From Candidatus Omnitrophota bacterium (GTDB lineage Bacteria; Omnitrophota; Omnitrophia; Omnitrophales; JACROU01): 64,000 nt of DNA. Below the pieces are notes generated by a model. That model did not search any database. It had not been told where the DNA came from and was given only the letters and a program-made list of their open reading frames with translations. The DNA lies in assembly GCA_029261035.1 (NCBI GenBank), contig JAJDCD010000025.1, positions 194,926-258,925 of the forward strand. Direction: 5' to 3'. Shown one piece after another: positions 48,140 through 57,393 of the stretch; the first letter of the stretch is position 1, and each line of letters opens with the position of its first letter. Both the position numbers and the translations under genes were made by a program.

Positions 48140-48199
48140 TTGTATGCCAGGTCTAAAGACCCGGCACACCGGGTACATAACTTAGTAGCGCCGTAATAA
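48140..48199 (+). repeat. Conserved ~60-nt hairpin motif, copy B
   Basis: TGCCAGGTC-TAAA-GACCCGGCACAC...GCCGTAATA; reverse-complement match to 40247-40306. Confidence 0.7.
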
Positions 48200-48310
48200 G
48201 GCATAACGATATGAAGCATACTTTTTTGTGCGGGCTCAAAATAGGGCTAGAAATATAACTATAAACACTTATAATAGTCCCATCTTTTTACATAATTGGA
48301 GGTAAATACA

Positions 48311-49378
48311 ATGTCTTTTTGGGAAAATAGAAAAGTTTTAGTAACAGGTGGTGCTTCTTTTATAGGCTCTAATTTAGCCGATTCTTTAGTATCTAAAGGA
48401 GCTCAAGTACGGGTTGTGGATAACTTATCCAGCGGCCAATTAGAAAACATACAACACCTTATAGATGCAGGTTCTGTCGAATTCTTAGAGGGTGACCTTC
48501 TAGAACCTTCTGTTGCTCAGCAAGCTGTTAAAGGTATTAATACCGTTTTTCATCTAGCTGCTGACCATGGGGGTAGAGGCTATGTTGATTTAAAACAAGT
48601 TCAGTGTTCAACCAATCTTATCTTAGATGGCCTTCTTTTCAAAGAAGCTCATAAGGCGGGTGTTGAAAAGGTCGTATTCGCCTCTTCCGGTTGTGCTTAT
48701 CCAAATTACATTCAAACGGACCCAAAAGAAATGCTTTACCTTACTGAAGATAAAGTAGGTCCTCCCTATGACGCAGATAATATGTATGGCTGGGCAAAAC
48801 TAATGGCTGAACTGACTTTGCAATATTATCACAAGCAGTATGGTATGAAAGCAGCTTCTTGTCGTTACTTTACCGTTTATGGACCTCGCGGAAAAGAAAA
48901 TCATGCTGTTATCGCTATGATTGCTCGTTCCTTTATCGGAGAAAACCCGTATGAAGTATGGGGTAATGGCGAGCAAATTAGAAACTGGACTTATGTGGAT
49001 GACATCGTAGAAGGCACGATATTAGCAGGTGAAAAAATTGATGATGGTACCGCTGTTAACTTGGGAACGATGGAACGTATTCGAGTTTTAGATGCCGTTC
49101 AAATGGTTTTTGAAATGACAGGTCATCAAGCAGACATCAAACTTCTAAAAGATATGCCTACGGGCCCTCTCAATCGTGTTGCGGATAACAGCCTAGCAAA
49201 ACAACTCCTCGGCTGGGAACCAAAATACACCTTTAAAGACGGCTTAAAGAAAACCATCGATTGGTATTTTTCTACAAAAAATAAAGAAACGGTTAAAGCA
49301 ACCTTAAGCGAAACCCTCATTGAAAGAAAGCACGATAAGGGACAAGAAAAACTCGTTAGTTCATCGGAGGCAAAATAA
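48311..49378 (+). CDS. NAD-dependent nucleotide-sugar epimerase (extended SDR, GDP-mannose epimerase-like)
   Basis: TGGASFIG, HLAADHGGRG, ASSGCAYP, YGWAK; GGAGG precedes ATG 48311. Confidence 0.88.
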   Translation: MSFWENRKVLVTGGASFIGSNLADSLVSKGAQVRVVDNLSSGQLENIQHLIDAGSVEFLEGDLLEPSVAQQAVKGINTVFHLAADHGGRGYVDLKQVQCSTNLILDGLLFKEAHKAGVEKVVFASSGCAYPNYIQTDPKEMLYLTEDKVGPPYDADNMYGWAKLMAELTLQYYHKQYGMKAASCRYFTVYGPRGKENHAVIAMIARSFIGENPYEVWGNGEQIRNWTYVDDIVEGTILAGEKIDDGTAVNLGTMERIRVLDAVQMVFEMTGHQADIKLLKDMPTGPLNRVADNSLAKQLLGWEPKYTFKDGLKKTIDWYFSTKNKETVKATLSETLIERKHDKGQEKLVSSSEAK

Positions 49379-50727
49379 TGAAATTATCGGTTATCGGTTT
49401 AGGAAAGCTAGGACTTCCCCTTTCTGTGGCCTTAGCACAAAAAGGTCATGAAGTCATTGGTGTTGATATCTCACCTTCCGTTATTGAGAAACTCAACCAA
49501 GGCATTCCTCATCTTGAAGAACCTCAAGTTGAAGTTCTTTTAAAAGAAGCTGTGGAAAATAAAAAATTTACAGCAACCGACAACTTTGAAGAAGCAATTC
49601 AAAATACAGAAATGAGTTTTATTTGTGTTAACACACCCGATAAAAACGATTTCGAAATGGATTTATCTCAACTTTCTTCTTCCTGTGAAATGCTTGGCTC
49701 TGCCTTAAAGAACAAAAATGATTTTCATACCTTTGTAATCAACTCTACCATTGTTCCTGAAACAGCAGATCAAGTAGCCATTCCAACTTTAGAAAAATTT
49801 TCTGATAAGAAACTAGGAGAAGGCTTTGGACTTTGCGTTAACCCTGTCTTTATTGCTCTCAGTACGGTAGTTAAAGACTTACTTCACCCTCCGGTTGTCA
49901 CTTTGGGTTCTTCAGATAAAAAAACAGCTTCTTTTATGGAAGCTTTCTATAAATCGTTTAATGAAAATGGCGCAAAGGTAATACAGACAACCCCTATTAT
50001 GGCTGAAATTATTAAACTAGCGCATAATGCCTATTGCACCTCAAAAATGGCTTTTATCAATGAGATCTCAGCTTTATGCTCCAATACCCCAGGGGCAGAT
50101 GTCAGCGCTATGAGTGAGTTTTTTAGAGCAGGCGGAGAGCGAACAGGCCGTTTCTTAGAAGCAGGAATGGGTTTTGGTGGTCCTTGCTTCCCTCGTGATT
50201 TAAAATTCTTCATCAAATATATCCAAGATAAAGTTTCAGCAAGTCCTTTAATTGAAGCTATTGATACATCCAATAGTGGTTACGCTGTTCGAATTGTAGA
50301 ACTCATAGAACAAGAGCTAGGCTCTTTAAAAAACAAAACGGTCTCTGTTCTAGGGCTCGCTTATAAAGTAAATGCTGACATTACCGAGCGTTCTTTTTCT
50401 CTTAGATTGATCGAAGTCCTGCACGAAAAAGGAGCTACTATAAAATCTTTTGATCCTAGAGTAAAACAAGTTCCAGAAATTCATTGTCAAACCCCTTTCG
50501 AAATTAATAATTCTGTTGAGGGTTCTTTAAAGGATGCTAGTTTTTGCATCATTGCCACCGCATGGCAAGATTTTAAAGACCTAAATCCAGAAATTTTCAA
50601 ACAGCATATGAGTGAAGCAAACCTCTTTGATCCTTGGAGACTATTTAACACTCCAGAGGCTAAACAACACTTTAACCAATACGTAGGACTTGGAGTAAAA
50701 CAAGAACTCAGTTTAGCTTCCATCTAA
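49378..50727 (+). CDS. UDP-glucose/GDP-mannose dehydrogenase family protein
   Basis: IGLGKLG, ICVNTP, AEIIKLAHN, GFGGPCFPRD (catalytic Cys), LGLAYK. Confidence 0.88.
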   Translation: MKLSVIGLGKLGLPLSVALAQKGHEVIGVDISPSVIEKLNQGIPHLEEPQVEVLLKEAVENKKFTATDNFEEAIQNTEMSFICVNTPDKNDFEMDLSQLSSSCEMLGSALKNKNDFHTFVINSTIVPETADQVAIPTLEKFSDKKLGEGFGLCVNPVFIALSTVVKDLLHPPVVTLGSSDKKTASFMEAFYKSFNENGAKVIQTTPIMAEIIKLAHNAYCTSKMAFINEISALCSNTPGADVSAMSEFFRAGGERTGRFLEAGMGFGGPCFPRDLKFFIKYIQDKVSASPLIEAIDTSNSGYAVRIVELIEQELGSLKNKTVSVLGLAYKVNADITERSFSLRLIEVLHEKGATIKSFDPRVKQVPEIHCQTPFEINNSVEGSLKDASFCIIATAWQDFKDLNPEIFKQHMSEANLFDPWRLFNTPEAKQHFNQYVGLGVKQELSLASI

Positions 50728-50749
50728 CCTACGATTTCCTTCTAAGCTT

Positions 50750-51529
50750 ATGGAATCTCTTAAAAATAAAGTTATGGATTTTTGGAATGAAACTCCTTGT
50801 AGTTTGAGAAACAAAGGAGCTAATTCTGAAGGAAGCAAAGAAAGCTTTCAACTGATAGCTGAGGATCGTTATCAAGGCGATTCTTTTATGAAAGACGTTG
50901 TGCCTTTTCATGCCATGAAAGGATTAAAAACCTTAGAAGTAGGCTGTGGTTTAGGAACCGACCTCGTTCAATTCGCTAAAGCAGAAGCGAACACTTACGC
51001 TCTTGATTTAAGCAAAAACTCCCTCTATCTTGCAAAACAAAACTTAGCAAACCACAACCTCTCTTCGAAGCTAATTCATGCAGATGCAGAAAACATCCCC
51101 TATGAAGATGCGTCTTTTGACCTTATCTATTCCTGGGGCTGTCTTCACCATACAGAGACTCCAGAAAAAGCTTTCAAAGAGCTTTATCGCATTCTCAAAC
51201 CTGGCGGAAAAATACTGATTATGCTGTATCACAAGTATTCTCTTGTCACTCTTCAGGCCTATTTACTGTACGGGCTTTTTAAAGGGAAACCTTTCTGTTC
51301 CTTAGATGAGATTCTAGCAAATCATATAGAAAGTCCAGGAACTAAAGCTTATAGTATGAATCAAATAAAAAAATTATTTGCCGCATTTACTGCTTTAGAG
51401 GTGAAACCGATTATCACTCGTTATGATTTAAGGTACGGTAGATTCAGCTACCTCCCTTCATGGGTAGGGAAATGCCTTCCTCCGCGATGGGGATGGAATC
51501 TGATTATTTCTGGAGAAAAATTAAAATAA
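50750..51529 (+). CDS. Class I SAM-dependent methyltransferase
   Basis: LEVGCGLGTD, DAENIPY, FDLIYSWGCLHH, RILKPGG. Confidence 0.9.
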   Translation: MESLKNKVMDFWNETPCSLRNKGANSEGSKESFQLIAEDRYQGDSFMKDVVPFHAMKGLKTLEVGCGLGTDLVQFAKAEANTYALDLSKNSLYLAKQNLANHNLSSKLIHADAENIPYEDASFDLIYSWGCLHHTETPEKAFKELYRILKPGGKILIMLYHKYSLVTLQAYLLYGLFKGKPFCSLDEILANHIESPGTKAYSMNQIKKLFAAFTALEVKPIITRYDLRYGRFSYLPSWVGKCLPPRWGWNLIISGEKLK

Positions 51530-51532
51530 ACT

Positions 51533-52738
51533 ATGAAGCTTCTCGTCCTCCATCAGTCTTTCTACCCCGATATTTCAGGTTCGAGCATTCGTCTTTCCGA
51601 AGTCATGTCCGGACTCCAAGAAAAGGGTTTTGATATCACGGTCCTTACAGGGCTCCCCGAAGTTGAAGATATAAATAAAATTCCAAAAGTAGAAATTTAC
51701 AACAACATACGTATTATTCGATTAGGTAGAATCCCTTTCAATAAAAACAAAAAATTAGGGCGCATCCTTCGAGCTTTAAGCTTCTTTACCTCTACATTTT
51801 TTAGAGTGCTCTTTTCTGACAGAAAGACCCTTGTCTACATTGGCTCAGACCCACCTTTTCTATGCATTGTTGGATGGTTAATCAAAGTGCTTAAAAATCA
51901 AAACTACGTTCTTCACATTGCAGACCTTTACCCCGATATTGCCATTGAACTTGGTTATATAAAGGAAAAAAGTTTTTTGCATAAAATTTGGAAAGCTCTA
52001 AACAAACTTGCCTACTCTAAAGCGGAAAAAATAATTACCTTAGGTGAATGCATGAAAAGCAAGATTCTTCCGTATAGTCAAAAAAATGAAATTTCGATCA
52101 TAAAAAATTGGGAAAACTCAGAACTCATATCTCCAATCCACAAAGATCAAAACTGGTTTATCCAAGAACATAATCTCAACAAAAAAATGAACGTTCTCTA
52201 TTCAGGAAATATGGGGTTAGCCCATGATTTAAAGAGTATTATCTTAGCTGCAGAAATATTAAAGACTGAAAAAGAACTTTCATTTCTATTTATTGGAGGG
52301 GGCGGCCAAAAGGAGTATTTAAAAAACCTCGTAGAAGAAAAAAAACTCTCAAACGTTACCTTTCTTCCCTATCAACCAAAAGAAGCTATGCCTTATAGCT
52401 TAAACTCGGGGGACATACAAATTATCACCATGAAACCCGGAACAGAAGGTCTGTGCATCCCGGGTAAATTTTACACCGCCCTAGCAAGCAGCTCAGCAAT
52501 TATCGCTCTAGTCCCTGAAACGACAGAAGTTGCCAAAGCGATAAAAGAGCACCAATGCGGCGTTGTTTTAGCTCCTTACCAACCAGAAGCATTATCAGAT
52601 AGCATTCTACAGTTATTGAATGACCCAAATCTTTTAAAAGAATACCAACTGAATGCTCGCAAGGCTTTTGAAAATTATTACACTGAAAAAAGAGCCGTAG
52701 AAGAATATACTCAACTCTTAGAGCACCTTACAACATGA
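51533..52738 (+). CDS. Glycosyltransferase family 4 (WcaI/WbuB-like)
   Basis: FYPD, SDPPF, DLYPD, YSGNMGLAH, PYQP, PGKFY. Confidence 0.88.
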   Translation: MKLLVLHQSFYPDISGSSIRLSEVMSGLQEKGFDITVLTGLPEVEDINKIPKVEIYNNIRIIRLGRIPFNKNKKLGRILRALSFFTSTFFRVLFSDRKTLVYIGSDPPFLCIVGWLIKVLKNQNYVLHIADLYPDIAIELGYIKEKSFLHKIWKALNKLAYSKAEKIITLGECMKSKILPYSQKNEISIIKNWENSELISPIHKDQNWFIQEHNLNKKMNVLYSGNMGLAHDLKSIILAAEILKTEKELSFLFIGGGGQKEYLKNLVEEKKLSNVTFLPYQPKEAMPYSLNSGDIQIITMKPGTEGLCIPGKFYTALASSSAIIALVPETTEVAKAIKEHQCGVVLAPYQPEALSDSILQLLNDPNLLKEYQLNARKAFENYYTEKRAVEEYTQLLEHLTT

Positions 52739-53877
52739 AAATCTTACACATTATCCCAAGTAGTGCTCCAGAACATGGGGGGCCTGCAACAGCCATCCAA
52801 GAAATCTGCCATCATCAAGTGAGCAAAGGACATTCCGTTGAAGTATTTACAACAGCGTTACAAGCTTCTACAGAAGATAAGAATGGTTTCAAAATACATC
52901 ACTTTAAAAGAGAATTTCCTTACAACTACTTTTATAGCTCTTCCCTAAAAACGGCCTTATCCGAAAAAGTTTCCAATTTTGATATCCTTCACATTCACAC
53001 ACTCTGGCTCTACCCTACGTGGATAGGAAGTCAACTAGCCTTAAAACATAAAATCCCTTACATAGTACGACCTTGCGGAATGTTAGACCAATACTGTTTG
53101 AATCAGAAAAAGCTAAAAAAATATTTATACGGAATGTTAAGAGAAAGAAAAGTTTTAAATCATGCACAATCGATTCATTTCACCTCTGTTTTTGAACAAA
53201 ATGAAGCGAAACGTTTTGGTATTTCAAGACCGAGCAACATCTGTCCATTAGGGATTACAGTTAATGATGATACATCCCCTCAAGCATCCCCTTTATTTCC
53301 TGAATTAAAAGAAAAACAAAACATTCTCTTCCTGGGGCGATTAAACCCCATTAAAGGTTTAGATCTGCTTATAAAAGCATTTGCACAAATAGCCCAAGGT
53401 CACCCTAAAGCTCATTTAGTTCTAGCCGGCCCCGATGAAAACAATTACAAAAAAAGCCTTTTAAGTTTGATTCAAAAATTTGATTTAATAGACAGAGTCA
53501 CCTTTACCGGAATGCTCAATGCTTCAGAAAAAAAAGCGCTCTATCGCCAATCTCAGATTTTTTGCCTACCTTCTTATCATGAAAGCTTCAGCATCACTTG
53601 CCTGGAAGCAATGAACGAGTCCTTGCCTGTAATCCTCTCGGATCAAGTCGGAATTGGTGATTCCGTTGAAAAAGGAAATGCTGGAATTATAGTTCCTTGC
53701 AAAGAAGACTCTTTAGCTCTCGCTATAAGAAAGCTTTTAGATTCAAAGGATTTAAGAAAAAATATGGGGGGAAACGCTTCAACCCTGACCCAGAATTATT
53801 TTAGCTGGGATAAAGCAATCACTGCAATGGATGAAATGTATCAAGCTGCTTTAAATCAAGTATCAACTCACGCTTAG
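52735..53877 (+). CDS. Glycosyltransferase family 4
   Basis: GGP N-terminal motif, FLGRLNPIKGLD, LPSYHESFSITCLEAM (E-x7-E). Confidence 0.9.
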   Translation: MKILHIIPSSAPEHGGPATAIQEICHHQVSKGHSVEVFTTALQASTEDKNGFKIHHFKREFPYNYFYSSSLKTALSEKVSNFDILHIHTLWLYPTWIGSQLALKHKIPYIVRPCGMLDQYCLNQKKLKKYLYGMLRERKVLNHAQSIHFTSVFEQNEAKRFGISRPSNICPLGITVNDDTSPQASPLFPELKEKQNILFLGRLNPIKGLDLLIKAFAQIAQGHPKAHLVLAGPDENNYKKSLLSLIQKFDLIDRVTFTGMLNASEKKALYRQSQIFCLPSYHESFSITCLEAMNESLPVILSDQVGIGDSVEKGNAGIIVPCKEDSLALAIRKLLDSKDLRKNMGGNASTLTQNYFSWDKAITAMDEMYQAALNQVSTHA

Positions 53878-55746
53878 TTAGATGCTTGTCCCTATTTTTT
53901 TCTTGGAACAATAAGCGTTTAAAATAAATAAACTCCAAGGCAAAGACCAATGAAGTTCTCCTTTTAAAAATTGAGCCCAAATCTTTTCGATCTCTTTTTT
54001 AGAAATAAAATCGAAGCCTTCCTCTAAAAGAACCTGCTCCACTCTGGATTTCAAAACTCCTCGCATCCATTGATCTAAAGGAAAAGTAAACCCCTGCTTC
54101 TTCCTAAAAACACTTTTATCAGGCAATTCACTTCCTACAAGATCATAAAGTAATTTTTTTGGCACCTTAGGATCGAAACGATATTTATAATTTAATTGAA
54201 GCACATTTTCAATGAGGGTGTGATCCAAAAAAGGCACTCGCATTTCAATCGAGTGTGCCATACTCATCACATCCGCATCTTTAAGGAGCTGATCCTGAAG
54301 ATAGCGATCAAATTCCAAATAAACGGCCTTATCCATATACGAAGATAATGCATTTGCATCTAAGCTAAGAGCGGGCTGAACCCTGTCAACATTACAATTC
54401 AACAACTGAGCTATCTGCTCTTTAGAAAAAACACCCCTATAAACTCGGTACATACTTTCAAACGAAGTGTCCATCAAATAGGAAAGCCGTCCGAACCCCT
54501 TGAGATTTCTATTTCTGGCAATCCATGTTAAACAATTAAGAATTGGCGGATGAAATCCTTTTGGACAAAATTCTAATACCTTTTTAGCCGTATTTAAATA
54601 ATGAATCAATTTAAAATGAGAGTAGCCTCCAAAAAGCTCATCTCCTCCAAGCCCTGACAACAAGACCTTTATCCCTTGTTCTTTTGCTACCTGCGTCACA
54701 ACAAAGGTATTTAGGCCATCTACAGAAGGTTGATCTAAATGATTCAGAAACGCGTCAAAATACTTTAAAATATCCTCTTCTAATAACAAACATTCATAGT
54801 GCTCCGTATTAAACTTCTCACTCACTTGTTTTGCATATAAAGACTCATCAAAATCTTTTTCCGCAAATGAAATATTCAAAGTTTTTAGTTTAATATCAGG
54901 GTTAGATGCTGAAAAGGCAACTAAAGCAGAAGAGTCCATACCCCCACTCAAAAGAATAGCTAGAGGGACATCACTCACTAAATGTTTATTGACTACGTTT
55001 TGGATAATTTTTTTTAAGTCTTTTATCTCTGGAGATTTTTTTATATTTTTATTAAGAATCTTTGCCAAACTCCAGTAAGGATGCTCCTTAAGCTCTCTCC
55101 CCTCTAGAGTCATATAATGGCCTGGCGTCAGTGTTTTAATATTAGAAAATATTGTATTAGGACTTGAAACAGCTCCGTATTGCAAAAAATGAGACACAGC
55201 TGTAAGGTCATACTCACCCTCTTCACCCAGAGCTTCTTTCAAAGGTAAGACCTCTGAAGAGAACATAAACACTTGAGTCTCTTCCTCAAAAGAATAATAG
55301 AGTGGTTTTATCCCCAAACGATCCCGTGCCAAAAAAAGCTTTTGTTTTTTATCATCCCATAGAGCAAAAGCAAACATTCCTTCCAAGAAATCCACACATT
55401 TTTCATCATACTCTTCATATAAATGAAGAATCACTTCCGAGTCTGACTCCGACTTAAAGGTATGTCCTTTCTGAATTAAATCTTCTCTTAACGGAACAAA
55501 GTTATAGATTTCGCCATTATATGTTAGCCAAACAGTATCGTCTTCATTCGACATAGGCTGTTTTGCACTATCTGACAAATCTATAATCGAGAGCCGTTTA
55601 TGCCCCAAAAAAAGTTGGTCATTCTGATAAAAGCCCTCATTGTCAGGACCTCGATGATCTAGTTTTGAAAGAATTTGATTACAGGAGAGAATTTCTTTAT
55701 CTAAAAGTTTTCTTTGAGAAGCAAAGATACCAGCGATTCCACACAT
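53878..55746 (-). CDS. asnB: Asparagine synthetase B-like amidotransferase (probably glycan amidation)
   Basis: Ntn start MCGIAG at 55746, HRGPD, RLSIIDL, NGEIYN, RDRLGIKPLY, LSGGMDSS, LSGLGGDELFGGY; glycan-locus context. Confidence 0.9.
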   Translation of the reverse strand: MCGIAGIFASQRKLLDKEILSCNQILSKLDHRGPDNEGFYQNDQLFLGHKRLSIIDLSDSAKQPMSNEDDTVWLTYNGEIYNFVPLREDLIQKGHTFKSESDSEVILHLYEEYDEKCVDFLEGMFAFALWDDKKQKLFLARDRLGIKPLYYSFEEETQVFMFSSEVLPLKEALGEEGEYDLTAVSHFLQYGAVSSPNTIFSNIKTLTPGHYMTLEGRELKEHPYWSLAKILNKNIKKSPEIKDLKKIIQNVVNKHLVSDVPLAILLSGGMDSSALVAFSASNPDIKLKTLNISFAEKDFDESLYAKQVSEKFNTEHYECLLLEEDILKYFDAFLNHLDQPSVDGLNTFVVTQVAKEQGIKVLLSGLGGDELFGGYSHFKLIHYLNTAKKVLEFCPKGFHPPILNCLTWIARNRNLKGFGRLSYLMDTSFESMYRVYRGVFSKEQIAQLLNCNVDRVQPALSLDANALSSYMDKAVYLEFDRYLQDQLLKDADVMSMAHSIEMRVPFLDHTLIENVLQLNYKYRFDPKVPKKLLYDLVGSELPDKSVFRKKQGFTFPLDQWMRGVLKSRVEQVLLEEGFDFISKKEIEKIWAQFLKGELHWSLPWSLFILNAYCSKKKIGTSI

Positions 55747-55748
55747 AG

Positions 55749-57389
55749 TTAAAAATAAACTTTCCCTATAACAATACCCATAAAAAAGAGTAAAGGAACA
55801 GTTAAAATAACAGCTAAGAAAATAAATGCATTCCACCTTTTCTTTGAGTGAATTGAAAGCTGCTGAATAGCCTTTTGAACACTTACTTGGAAATGAGTAT
55901 AATTAATAGGCTTAGTCAAAACATCCAAAACAGAAGAGTCCATTGTCTTAGCAATCTCTTTAAATTGATCAGGATAAGCCATTAATAGAAATTGCGAATG
56001 AGGGCTATATGTTTTAAGTGTTTGGTGAAACAAAGAGTCTGTTTCCGATTTTAAAACATAATCAGAAATGATAATTGGAAAGGTTCCTTGCGAACAAAGC
56101 TTCAAAGCTTCATCTTCACTTCGAGTACAACTGATATTTAAATAACTATCAAACTCATTCCAATTCACACCCTCCCCTGTTAAATGATCCTTATTTTCAA
56201 AAACCAATACTCGAGGTCGGTTTTCTCTTTCTGGTATAGGAAGAATAAAATCTTTAACACCTTCATTTGGAGCTGCATCTTTCTGGGTGGAAAATGGCAT
56301 CTGAGTCGCCGGAAATTTTCTGAAAGCAATAAAGAAAATAGCTCCCATATAGACTAAAATAAGTGCCACATATTGATATCGGGTTGCCGTCAAAATAAAA
56401 CCAATAAGTCCAAAACCTAAAGAAAGAATATAAAGCAGGATTACGGCTTTTCGCTTTGTCATTCCTTGAGCAAGCAATCTATGATGGATATGATTTCGAT
56501 CAGCAAAAAACACTCTAGTCCATGAAAACATCTTTTGGTAAAACGTTTTTGATTGCACCCATTGGTTATACCACCTTCTGTAGACCGTAGAAAGGGTATC
56601 CAGTATAGGCAGTCCTAATACCGCAATAGGAATCGCAATAGCCACAGCAGTTGAGCTCTTCTGTGAACTCATTATAGATAAAGTAGCTAACATAAAGCCC
56701 AAGAACAAACTCCCTGTATCCCCCATAAAGATCGAGGCTGGAGAAAAATTATATCTTAAAAATCCTATAATGCTTCCTGCCAAAACCACAGAAATAACGG
56801 CACCTTGTATATTCCCTAGATACAGTGCGATAACAAAAATAGTTAAACTTGCAATAAGAGCAATGCCCGCCGCTAAACCATCCACCCCATCTATCAGATT
56901 AATTGCATTAATAATGAAGACAAACCAAAAAACAGTCACAGGAACACTGAAATAACCCAATAAAACTGTTTCGCTATTCCATGGATTAGTAATACCTTCA
57001 ATCACAAAACCAAAATGAACCATAATCAAGGCTGAAAGAATTTGCACAATCAGTTTAAATTTATAATTCACATGATACTTATCATCTATAATGCCACAAA
57101 CAATTAATGGCAGAGCTCCTAACAACAAATAAACGCCTTTAATACTAGGCATTAAGGGTTGTTGATTCCAAACATAAAAAATTAGAGTGCTAAATCCAAT
57201 CGTTAAGAAAAAGGATACAAAAATAGCAAGTCCACCCATGGACGGAAATTCCCCTTCGTGAGATTTTCTGTCACTCGGCCTATCCACAACCTGGAAATGA
57301 AGGGCTAACTTCAATACAAAAGGTGTTAAGACAAAAGAAATACCTGCTGCAATCAAAAAAGGAAATCCATAATAAAATAACTGATTCAT
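55749..57389 (-). CDS. WecA/TagO (MraY-family) polyprenyl-P HexNAc-1-P transferase fused to a receiver-like domain
   Basis: GIIDD, NAINLIDGVDGL, IFMGDTGS, DRNHIHHRL; C-terminal REC-like segment (IIISD...LTKP) plus a terminal TM helix. Confidence 0.9.
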   Translation of the reverse strand: MNQLFYYGFPFLIAAGISFVLTPFVLKLALHFQVVDRPSDRKSHEGEFPSMGGLAIFVSFFLTIGFSTLIFYVWNQQPLMPSIKGVYLLLGALPLIVCGIIDDKYHVNYKFKLIVQILSALIMVHFGFVIEGITNPWNSETVLLGYFSVPVTVFWFVFIINAINLIDGVDGLAAGIALIASLTIFVIALYLGNIQGAVISVVLAGSIIGFLRYNFSPASIFMGDTGSLFLGFMLATLSIMSSQKSSTAVAIAIPIAVLGLPILDTLSTVYRRWYNQWVQSKTFYQKMFSWTRVFFADRNHIHHRLLAQGMTKRKAVILLYILSLGFGLIGFILTATRYQYVALILVYMGAIFFIAFRKFPATQMPFSTQKDAAPNEGVKDFILPIPERENRPRVLVFENKDHLTGEGVNWNEFDSYLNISCTRSEDEALKLCSQGTFPIIISDYVLKSETDSLFHQTLKTYSPHSQFLLMAYPDQFKEIAKTMDSSVLDVLTKPINYTHFQVSVQKAIQQLSIHSKKRWNAFIFLAVILTVPLLFFMGIVIGKVYF

Positions 57390-57393
57390 AATT

